DNA of 64,000 nt, from the NCBI RefSeq assembly GCF_964204645.1, contig NC_134027.1:7844485-7908484 (forward strand), in the 5' to 3' direction. Under the pieces are notes generated by a model that saw only the letters and a list, made by a program, of their open reading frames with translations, was not told the DNA's origin and ran no database searches. Position numbers and translations under genes: made by a program. The stretch's first letter is position 1. The number at the start of each line of letters is the position of its first letter. Source of the stretch: Tubulanus polymorphus. Lineage: Eukaryota; Animalia; Nemertea. Of the stretch, positions 52,779 to 64,000 are shown piece after piece.

Positions 52779-54152
52779 CTATGCGTATCTACCTCGACCA
52801 GTTTTATGCGTGTAAAACTTGTTGAAATTTTCGGTTATGATTGGCACTGGTATGGCCAGTGTGAGAACACCTGCTAGGGCGCATATTGAGCCGATCAGTT
52901 TACCCCACGGTCCCACGGGGACTCTGTCGCCGTACCCGACTGTGCACATTGTGATCACAGCCCACCAGAATCCGTCCGGAATACTTTCGATTTGGGAGTC
53001 GGGGTTTCCAGCCTCACAGTAATAAATAGCACTGGAAAATACTAATATACAGACCATGAGCGCCACCAGGAAGAGGCAAAGACCTTCGATGCTTGCCTTG
53101 AACGTCAGAATGAGAACCTGTAATCCGGACGAGTGCTTTGTCAATTTGAATATCCTTACAAGCCGTATCACACGTAGGAAAGCTAGGGAAGCACTCGATT
53201 TTGCTTTTTCGCAACTATAAGTGGCTAGAACGTTGAACAGCGTTACGTAGTACGGCACGACGGCCGTCACATCCACGATGTTTTTGAAGTCTTTGAAGAA
53301 TCGTATTTTACTCGGGCAAGCAATGAAACGAACTATCACTTCCAACGTGAACCACGCCGTGCACATGGTTTCGATTATGAAGAATGGATCGGCGAAATTC
53401 GGAGCTTCTCCTTCCACGCAATGAGTAGTCGCAAAAACCGGCAACGTCTCGACGCAAAACAATATAATAGAAATCACAGTAAATATTACTGATATAATCG
53501 CTGTCACTAACGCTAATTTAGACGTTTCCGGGTATTCGAACAGCATCCATAATTGCTTCAAAAACTTGTTACTCGGAAACTCTTTCGTATATTCCACGTA
53601 GCCCTCATCCTTCTTGTAAATTTCGATTACTTCCTTTTCGATTTCGAAGAATTCCAATTCAGCTATGAATACATCGTCTGGGACACTAGGTGGTCTCCTT
53701 AAACGACCGCCATATTGGTAGTAATTGAATATAGCCTCAAACGTGGGCCTGTGCCTATCGAAGAAAAATTCATTGCGAGGTTTATTGTAATATTCCTTTC
53801 GTTTGTCTGAATCACCGAGCAGGGTCTCCGGATGGCGATCGAACACAGCAACGCGTCCTTCAAAATACTGGCCGCTTACGTTTATAGTTATCACTTCACA
53901 GCCCAGCGACTTACAGTCATGTTTTTCTGAAGTACTTGGCTCAGGTTGAGATGAGTTTTGGTTAGCGCGACCGCCGGGTGAACCACCAAATCGGACGAAC
54001 CGCCGTAACGGTAAATTATTTCTATCGTGGCGGTGATGGTGGTGCGGATGGTGTCTGAAAAAGGTCAGTTCGTCGTCGGTACCTTGGCGCTCGATTCGAA
54101 TGATGCCAGGCGCCTGGCGACTGCCTGACATCACAGCAGGTACGGCCATCAT
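52779..54152 (-). CDS. Voltage-gated K+ channel alpha subunit, Shaker/Kv1 (KCNA)-like; whole channel in one exon, ~457 aa from the first ATG
   Basis: T1 domain ([34 protein letters not shown]), S1-S6, S4 [16 protein letters not shown], pore [15 protein letters not shown], gate LAIPVPII. Splice acceptor tttctgcag ends at 54196 and the exon starts at 54195 with the frame open, so an upstream exon, possibly coding, is likely. Confidence 0.96.
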   Translation of the reverse strand: [457 protein letters not shown]

Positions 54153-57100
54153 TTTGCTGGAGTCCGGTGAAGTCGGTGTCCGCGAATTGCGAAGCCTGCA
54201 GAAATAGAAACAAGAAATCACGTTAAGCAGAATTTCGTACGTTTAACGCCATGCTTGCGTTGTGAGCATTTCGCATCCATCGCAACATTGGTCACAAAAA
54301 TAAGCGAACGCCATTAGTGGGTTACATATACACGTCAACGGATTGATTATAAATGTTTGTGTACAATTCGTTTCTTAACTATCATCAATTGTTTTGGAGT
54401 ACAAAATGTACAAATTAGATTGCGCAAGTACAATATTGTTATTCCGTATCGACGCTGTCGCGCGCTCTTGCTTTATTCTAGCCGGATTTTTCTGACGCGC
54501 GCATACATTCCCGTGCGCTGGAAGAGATTGCGCTGCGTAGCACAACGCCGAAAATGCCAATGTATTCCTAACTCCATTCTTTGATATAAACCGATTTGAC
54601 AAACCGGATGTAAATATTTTCTCGTTTGGCGCGCGTCACGACGAGGCCGCAGCCACACTGACTGACTGCGCAACAAAAAGCCGAGATTTGTTTTGATCGA
54701 TCGGGAAAGTATCGGAGAGAGAAAAAATCAAATCTCACAACAACCCTACTATTCAATATTCATTCGTTTGACGCGGCTGCAAAGATTAATACGAACGCTA
54801 TGAGTGTGTATATATCAATGAGCCCGACGGATTCGACACACGTGACCTAGCAGCGACAGACGATAATCCATCCACGTTTCGCGATATGGATTAGTTCCGA
54901 TTTGTGAAAATCACGTCGCGAAGAGCCGATCAATTGGTCGCTTCAGAACCGTAGCCTCTTTCGCGTTCCGTTATAAATCCGACCACTCTCGTACGAATTG
55001 GCAAGTGGCCCGACACGCTGCATCTATAGAACTCGACTGTGAAGAAAGGCTTTCTCGCATCATGCAACCTTTTTGCCTCAACCATACGAAAAACAATTCA
55101 CAGATATTATTCAATTGTTTGCATCGATCGTGTTCATCTGCTTGAACATGACTTATAAATGACATGCCACTGCTACACTGTTCTATCGCTCGAGTAACAG
55201 CCTTGCAAGAGAAAATGCGAATCCTCGCCGCAATTTGATATTAAGCCATCATTTGATTATTGTCAAAATGTATATACCTTACACCCAAAGGAATGACCAA
55301 AATAATTGTCGAAATGCGTAGACTGTACCATGGCTACATCGTATGATATCAGAATTCTACAATGTAGCGCTTATCCACTTCAACGGTGAAGACTTGTTCG
55401 AACAAATTTTCAATTAAGCATCTTCGTAGCCACCCGTGTTAAGTTCAAATGGAAGTGGTTGACGCGTTGGCGTGGTGCGTGCGTCTGGCGCCAGGCGCTG
55501 GGAATGACAAGGAAAAGTGCGTACATATGTAGCGTGAGCTTTATACACGTTGTCTAAGAACTCGATAGAGGGTGGAGCTCAATTAATAACGCGTCACGAT
55601 TCACAGGAAAGCAGTAGTGCGGTGATGTCACAGAAAGAAACTGGTGAAAAATGCATTGATACATTAGATACTGAGCTACGTCTGTTGTTCGGAATACGCA
55701 CGTCATCATTGAAGTTATTTCGTAAAACTCCGTACATCAACTTGAAACAAGCCCGCCGAATGGCACTATCGATTTACGCGCTTCTATAAAGTTCAAGTGA
55801 TGATGTGACATTTGTCACCGATGTATTGAACAGGATAATTTAAAGATTGATTTGTACGTTTCGCATATTGAAATTGAAAGTTATTTGTGAGTTGCTGTTT
55901 GAAGTACGGGATGGTGGCAAATTATCTAAATGACCTCACTATCAAGAATATTCAAAATATTAGGACTCTGGATCACCTTTGTTATGGGGATGAATCTATC
56001 GCCACTATAAGATTGGGTCAAGTCCTTTTAAACAAAGGCGATATAGTTTCTTTACAATTTATATACTTTTCGCGCGTAAAAGCCCTACTTTGGCTTTTAC
56101 CAGTGACGAGATGACATGCCCGAGGAGAACGTTGAGCGAGTTGATAAGGCCGGAGTTGAGGACGACATTCACCCGGCTGCGCTGGCTCAGTATATCTGAG
56201 TGAATATAAAATGAAGTGCATTGTGTAATTGTCCATGAGCAAATCGAATATCTACGCTAAACCCAACCCAAATGAAATCAGCAACATTTGCATTATTATC
56301 AACAACATCTATCCCACGCTTTTGAGAAACAGATGAATCGACGTCGCTGGCGTGAGCTTCTAGAGTGTTTTTCGATATGACAATATTCGTTTCATCTGCA
56401 GTGGTGTGACACCACAATTTTTCTTCATTGTTCAACGAAATCCATTAAGAAATTATTCGAATAATCCATTATTCTCGTATTCGCTGTTAAAATCGAATCG
56501 GGTATTTTAGCAACCAAATCGAAAATCTTTTTTTCACAGAGAAAATTCCGCGGATAAATTGAAAAATCCATCAACATCTCATTAAATTGTGATTCAACGA
56601 TGGGGATTCAATTTTCCGGACGTGTTCACCATCGTAATTTTCAAGTATATATTGCCATGCCTTCTTGTTTGAATGGAAACAATTGCAAATGAACAGAAAA
56701 TGATACCTGAGGCAGTTTACAAACAAAAGATCTGCTGATCGGGATTTTACAAAATGAGCGGTAAAGTAGCATACCTTTCGCAAATTAATCGGTCACAATG
56801 ATTTTGATATCTACTGACTCTCGAGTTGTGAATTAATATTTGACTCCGCAAAGAAATAGTATCTTATATTGAACACAACAGACAGCATAATAGACTCCTC
56901 AGACTATATTCGAATCATATCAATAATGAAAGGTCCATAATGTGCTAACTTTGTCGAGCATCGTGGAAAACATTGATTAAACTATACGGTCCTATTATCC
57001 ATTTGGAGAGTTAGAAAGAATCATCTTTCATATCAGTATCCGTTTTTCGGGTGGAGACATCCATATCATTATATCTTCAAAGTGGTTGACTACAGACGAC

Positions 57101-58432
57101 ACAATGATATTATGGATCAAAATTGATAACGTAAAATCATTCGAGGTATGCACCCCAGACAAGGGGCTACAAGTGACAGCTAGGGTCATCACGAGGCTCG
57201 TTGCATAGACGGGAATGATCCTACTCATATTCCACTTATGGTAGTTATAAGCGCTTAAATTTCTTAAAACAATTGAGAAATCGAGGTGCATGATCGAAAC
57301 TTTATGACAATTAAGGAAGGTTGATTCACCACAATGGAAGAGGAAGACATGTAAGGCGAAGCTCGTGTGACACTGTTACAGTAAATATCATACGTATACA
57401 AAAATAAATAAAAAAACGAAAATCATGAAAATGAAAACGTGTGCTTTCACTTTGGACAAACCTACCTCTAATGGGTGCAACTAGGACAACGGTTTTGGTG
57501 GAATGGTGCTTGGGTTATGCTGTGAGACGGTTTGCAATTGCGCTCCTTACCTATTCGACATTTCAACAAAGATGACCCTATTCCCCGGGTTTAAATTGTA
57601 CGTGCACACCCATCCCGGAACCATGGTTCCGCGCCGATACAAAACGTAAATCCGTGTTTCTGACAGAGCGTACGTAGATTATTACAGCGTGTTCGACGCT
57701 CGGTGGCGACTAATTTTCTGACATCTCGGAGACATCTCTCGCTTGTCAATCGTAACGGACAACATAGAGTCGGTACGAGCACTGCGAGCAATAGCGAATA
57801 AGCCTTATTAATTCGCAGATCCGGCCTAATCGGTTGTGCGGGAGCCATCGCAGAGACATCTTCAGTCTTCAACAAGCGCCGTTTCTCCAAGTGTCATCAA
57901 CACGTCAGATCGCTGTCACGTGACAATTTACAAGAGATTGAACAGTCAGTAATGCCGTGATATTTGCCACAGGTAGCAAATTTGAAATATTAATCTATTT
58001 GTCTCATCATCACAAATTTGATTAAATTCGATTTGTAACAAAACAATGATGATGAAAATAACCAAAAAAAAATTATACAATTGTACTCACGCGGTTTTGT
58101 TTAACCATACGTCAATCCGATTGCGATGTTACGCGGTATTCTCGAAGATTTCATATAAGCCATATTTAATTGGCCTAAAGTAATTTGAATCCGGTTGGTT
58201 GTGATAACGTATCCTACGACTCGTGTCCACTGGGAAATTAATACATTGTATCTTGTTTACCGCTTAGATAGGGGACGTTAGGGGTAACTGTTGGCGATGA
58301 AAGTAAGTTAACTAATGAAAGCACGTTATCAACATATCTGAGCCAGATTTTTTGATATCATTAAAAAGAGGTAATATTTCTGATTCAACATTATGTTAAA
58401 AAAGATTGGCTCGTGCTATGAGGGTTCCCCGT

Positions 58433-59261
58433 CATGGGCGGATCCAGGGGGATGGGTAGACAGTATTGGAAGGAAATTTAAGGGAACCTTTCTGATCTTA
58501 GTGCACACCCAGTATCCAGGTCAATGCGAGCGCCGAAGGTGCGAATTCCATATAGGGGGCCCCAGAAAATTTTGAAAATATGTTACCATTTAAAGGCTTT
58601 TAGAGGGCTTCTAGAGACTAGCAGAGCAATCCAGAATAAACGAATTCGAGACAAGATTTTAACAGATGCGGATAAAAAATGAAGCTGGCGAACCCATGAA
58701 AGAATGGTTGTCGCCAACTTCGCCTAGTGCCCCTATAATCTTTAAAAGTGCCCCTTAAAAATTATACAGAATACGGCTAAGTGCCCCTTCATTGTTAACA
58801 ATCGGCAAAAATTGCCTCGTCTTCACATTTATCCTTATGTCGTGTGCCATCTTCCAAACCAAAAGTGCCCCTAAAATTTTAAAAATTAGGCAAAAAAGTG
58901 CCCTTTTCTTCAACATTTTCCGCGTATAGTGCCCTCTTCTAAAGTACGAGTGCCCCTTTAGCCCTCCCTGAAAAGGCAAGGACAAGGTGCCCTCATCTAA
59001 AGCATGAGTGTCCCTTGCAAAAGGAAAGTGCCCTTTTTAATTTATCATGATTAAAGGCTTTACAAATATGATTATCTCTCCTCACTTTCTCGGCAGCAGT
59101 ATTTACCGATTAATTTTATAATTATGCCCGGATTACGGACACGGAATTAGCGGTTACTGAAATAATGCCGTCAAAAATATTGCCGGTGAAATTTCGAAGG
59201 GCACTTAAAAATTCTAGACCGTATTGGGCAATACGGCTAATACGGTCTGGATCCGCCCCTG
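58433..59261. mobile_element. 829-bp non-autonomous DNA transposon with 15-bp TIRs, a 5-bp flanking direct repeat and an internal AGTGCCC array
   Basis: cccgt|catgggcggatccag ... ctggatccgcccctg|cccgt. About ten (A/G)GTG(C/T)CC words between 58726 and 59035 and one inverted copy near 59198. No transposase ORF. Confidence 0.85.
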
Positions 59262-62200
59262 CCCGTATGATAATGACAGTTGTTCGCTGGAGTCAAAATG
59301 GACAAATAAAAATAAAAACCGATAATACAACCAGTAGGAATGACGAAGATTATATTAAGGGAAGATAATCTGCGTTTGAAAGATCCAAGAGTAGCTGTCG
59401 AATGGGGGACGTAAGCACGAAAAGTGGGGTTACGTCAACAGATATATGCGATATATAAATTTATCGTTATAAGGAATAATATTCTTGCCACTCTTCCCCA
59501 GGTCGTATGCTGTTTTAATTCACTTTTTATTAACAGTAACTAAAAGAAAACATTCTAAATCATGGTCTTGACATCTTAAATTGTATGCAAATCAATATCC
59601 AATTTCTAAGGGGGTACAAACAAATACTACTGCTCACCCCCTGCGTTAGGTCTTTAACCCATGTCCTTCCTATGCTTTCTCCGTCGGCCCAGAAAGGAGT
59701 GAGTTATCTATTGGCCTAGTTTATGTCAATTAGCTCAACGACCTAGGGAATAATGGATAAGCTTTTCTAAATGCATTTGATTTCTGAGAATATCATGATC
59801 ATAAAGGAGGCACCAAAAGTAATTCCGTGTCCAAAAAGGTGATTCACAAAGCCCAAAGTGGTTTCGTCTTCTTTTCCATATGTTGTTGGTGTTGCGATCA
59901 TTTGTTTTTGTTCTTACTAGGGATTTCTGCAAGTGGTTTTCAATTTCCCATTACATACATGTATCCAGGTAACTTGCACATGACAGTGCGCGCGGGTTAC
60001 GCGTGTGGCTAAATACGAGAAATTGCCCGTGGCTGTGTCGACATGCAAGGAAAGGCTATCACACTCCATGCGAATATACTTCATGTAAGTGAAGGGAGGC
60101 AATGTGTTCATCTGATTGATTAAATTGATTTATCTGATCGGGAAGAATCTGTTACATTTATATATATATGTATATAACTTCAAAATCGCCTTGTACTAGC
60201 AAGGTGGTGCTTAGAGCTTCGAAATATCAATGACAGCAAGTGAATTGAAAATACATGTGTACAGTGATGCTGTTTTGATCGTGAAATAGTTACAGTTGAT
60301 AGTAATGACATTGCACGCATGCACACAAGGGGTCAGAGGTGATCAAATTGTATCTATTCAAACTAACCTCATAATTAGCAAATAGAATTCAATATCACAT
60401 CTTACCTTTCTTCAAATAGGAGATCCATTGGTGCGTTCGTCATCAAGAGCACACCAAATCAAAACAAGCACATTTAAATGTGAGCTTATTTTAATCGTAT
60501 ATTTGCTCCCCGTAGTTCAAGATGGAAATGAAAATCCGTGGACAAAAATACCAATATTCTTAATCGTTTGGAGTGTTTTGTCATTCATTTTTAGGCAGTG
60601 CCAGGAAATCTATAAAATGCATTTCTTACTCTCTTTCATGTCACTCGTCTTCTTTTTAATTCATCAATGCGATAAGAGGAAGAATCTTTAAGATAGAATA
60701 TCTCGATGAATGAAAGATGGAAGTGGCGGAGATAATCATCCTGTTCTGGGGAAGGATCTTATTCTCGTGAACTACGTTGATCCGATATGAACGTGACTGT
60801 CAAGAACTGACCATGAAAATACAGATGTGTCCAACAAAACGAAGTTCCGCACAATCTTATCGAACGTATGTCTCAGGAAATAATTAGGGACTGAAATTCC
60901 TTGATCTGATGTCTATAAATGTGACAAAAAATGTTTAAAGCATTGTCACCTAACGCCTATAAGTTATGACGAGATATACTGATTTATTTACTGGTACAAA
61001 TGTTACGGTGTATGATGATAAGCATAATTCATGATACCGCTCCGAAAAGAGTAATCAGTTAACGATGACAATGTAGATGCATATAGGAAATTTGCGACTA
61101 TCTTCCAGATATAATGAACCATTCAGAAACATTCTCTGTGCCAATACATCATCTTACATAAACACAAGTATAAACAAAACAATATCCCAATGCCTAATTT
61201 AATCACGGCTTATTAGCTTCGTCCAGTGTCACACCAGGAAATGTGGTTGATTGTGTACCATTGTCAGACTTTGGAGGTTCTTCGACAATGTTTATGTCAA
61301 TAGTACTTCAGCGCACCACGGCGATACCATCGTCCTCCTAACACTCGGTGCTCTTGAACAACCTTGAGCAAATTGTGGTGTCGAACAGCGTGGCTATAAG
61401 ACAGACTTAAATCAAATTACTTCTACTTAATCATATCTCTAGAAGATTATTTCATCTGTCTATTATTGATAGTCTATTATGTCTTATTGTATTCCAGAAA
61501 CACATACTATAGTATTGGGTAACTAGATATTTGCTTTCAATGTTTTCAGAAAAACGCTTACCCATGCGCATTGAATATGATTGAAAAAAGACGATGATTT
61601 TGTAAGAAAGAAATTTATATATTCTAGAAAAAGAAATTTCGTTCCTCTGCGAAGCGTGATTGGAATGTAAAGTTAGGGAAATAGCACCAGTTAATACTGT
61701 TAAGTACATCGAGCGTTAAATCATGCCTATTTGATGGCTATTTCCCATCATCGTAGCATATATTCGAATATTGCCTTAGATAGTAAATTATCAGTAATAG
61801 ATGGAAACAATCAGTCAACGATAATGCCATAAAACGACGCATTAAGAATTGTTCAGGGTGCTAATGATGATGGTGATGATGAGGATGACGAGCGTACGAT
61901 ACAAAAGCCACAGCAGTTGAGAAGGCGATATTTGAAAACATTTTAAAATGCTTTACATGCGCTTGGAAACTTGGCCTCAGGGACGATGGTCTGGAACACG
62001 AGTTCGCAAAATCAAGGACGACAGCTTTTCCAATACGCGAATTATTGTAACTGTTGCTGATTTATGACATTTCTTTTCGCAGCAAAAAATTTGGTATTTA
62101 ACATTTTGGGCAAGAGGTCAATACTGACAGTTCAGTATCGGATAGTGATCAACGACCACGTCATGTAAATGTCATATTAGCCAGAATATCACGACACGGA

Positions 62201-64000
62201 GCTGAAATGATTTTCATCAGCCGCAAATACTGACACCCACGAAGACACCCACGAAGTGTAAGGTCAAGGGTGATCTAACGACAGCAAATCGGTATATCTG
62301 GTTCCGTTTACTATGCAATGAGTGACATGAGTTCTCTGTAATTTCCACAGGTACATGCATTGCAAGGCGTCGGGTAACAAAAAAGCCCCGTTGGCACTAA
62401 TTTTCTATTTTTCAATCTGTTCGTCTGCAGAAGGAACGCATCAGATATGATATCAGAATTAAACTCTTTTTTAGAATCCAGCCTGCGGAATGTTTGTAAA
62501 GAATTTTTGAAACCCATCTAGCCCAACGCACACGACGTAGGGAAACACGGAAACTGGACCATGAAACATGTTTCTGAGCGTTTCCCTGTGTCGTGTGAGT
62601 TTACAAGAAACGAGAATCATGGTCTCAGAAAAACAATGTTTCCGGGAACAGGCATATTTTGATTCCGTGTTTCCATGGTTCTCTGGTTCCTTGGTGTCGT
62701 ATGCTTTGGTCTTCTGCAAGTGCAAGTTCCATATTCTCTACGGTTGACAATGATATACCGTGAGCTGTTAACAAGTTCATATCATCATGTATGAATGCTT
62801 GGGCCTTGATACTTGCGAATGCATACGGGTTAATCATGATAAGAATGTAACAGCGAACAAGTTCATCGACTATCTTTTATATCTATAAATATCATGCATT
62901 CACTTGTACAAGCAACGGTCGCCCTTAAAAATTGAAATATTGCTTTTACCAGTAATGGGTAATATATCGTATCGTAATATAGAACTGATAAACCGTAACA
63001 TACGAAGCGATTGATACGGACCGTAGATTGATTGAAGAAGGGTCGCGACGACCCAGATCAATCAGCGCAGATAGCTACGTAGCAAATTGAATGACAAGAT
63101 CAAATAAGTTTTAAGTGGCCAGTGGACACGAGATACTTTCCTGTCTATCTCACGGCCCCGCTTTAACGCAAGCAATCATTTTCGCCGCTGACCAACGCAT
63201 TTGTTTTGATATATTCATTTCTGAAACTTGTACTATTTCAAGGTGATAGAAAAAAAAACATTTTTTTCAAATAGGTCTGTGGGTCTGTGAACATAAGTGT
63301 TAACATAGCTACCCGTAGAGTTCAGTGTATTCGGTTGAGACACAGCGAGATGAGCGTTGTGCGGCACCAATGTGCCATCTAACATACGCTGAATCTATCT
63401 TCCATTTGATACCGCTACATCGTATGATGAACTAACCCGATATATATTGCCTATGTAATACATATTATATCGTATATTTTATCAATAACACATGTTTATT
63501 GTTTCATACAAGTCAATAAAATCGATGATTGAATCGGGGGTCTTTCATCGCAGAAAACATCCGTACGTTCGAAATAACTTCACATAAACATCATATATAT
63601 CGGCTGTTGGTTTTTTCATTAGGATGGAAATTGTTGAGTATTTCAATTTGGAAGGTAAAATAGGTTGTAAAGAAAATAATTCAAATATTTCATTTTTATC
63701 AAAATGATCATCAACTTAACCCTGAAACCATCATCTAATTAATTTAAGAATTGTTTATGGTGTTTTATTTCTGAAAAAAGGCATTTTCACATCTACACGA
63801 TGAAAATTCAAAAATATATACGCTCCCACGTAGCCAGCACCTGTAAGCTGCATATAGTGAAATCATGGGGCATTGGAAAATATGATATCAAATAATAATG
63901 AAAGTCAATATTACTAAAAATTTCAGTAATACCATAATATCTATAATATATATTCAATATCGAGAGTTCTACCAGTCTGGAACTTCAAAATAGTGGTCAC

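Noticed and set aside
56187-56435. Protein-like minus-strand ORF as an upstream Kv coding exon
   Set aside because: Starts at TTG; I identified no convincing phase-compatible donor and no recognisable homology.
58726-59035. Spaced short repeats superficially like a CRISPR array
   Set aside because: Eukaryotic context, 7-bp motif with irregular spacing, enclosed by transposon TIRs, no cas genes.
61661-61710. TGGAATGTAAAG (miR-1-like 5' end) and nearby TAATACTGT (miR-8-like)
   Set aside because: Only 9-12 nt match, the 3' halves diverge and I see no precursor hairpin.
63110-63167. TTAA-flanked short imperfect inverted repeat (Kolobok/piggyBac-like remnant)
   Set aside because: Too short and degenerate to support.

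Overview
AT-rich eukaryotic genomic DNA with GT-AG introns. Gene content suggests an invertebrate animal, plausibly a lophotrochozoan (inference). Genes reconstructed by hand: an ankyrin-like/SOCS-box CDS at the left edge (+); a 10-exon M19 membrane dipeptidase (+); two intronless class-A GPCRs (-); a 4-exon rolling-stone-like gene (-) plus a frameshifted partial copy; a 2-exon caveolin (-); and a Shaker/Kv1-like K+ channel whose S4 is one arginine triplet short (-). A recent ~5.0/5.4 kb tandem duplication (7071-12103 and 12228-17665) copied the whole GPCR but only exons 2-4 of rolling stone, and a transposon-end fragment sits exactly at the junction. The most unusual non-coding signal is a set of three fold-back (palindromic) elements, unrelated in sequence, that carry minimal Penelope-type hammerhead-ribozyme cores (~9.0/14.1 kb, 48.1 kb, 52.0 kb). 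I found no recognisable coding exon in about 26 kb (26.7-52.7 kb). All alignments and translations were done by eye; no database search was possible.
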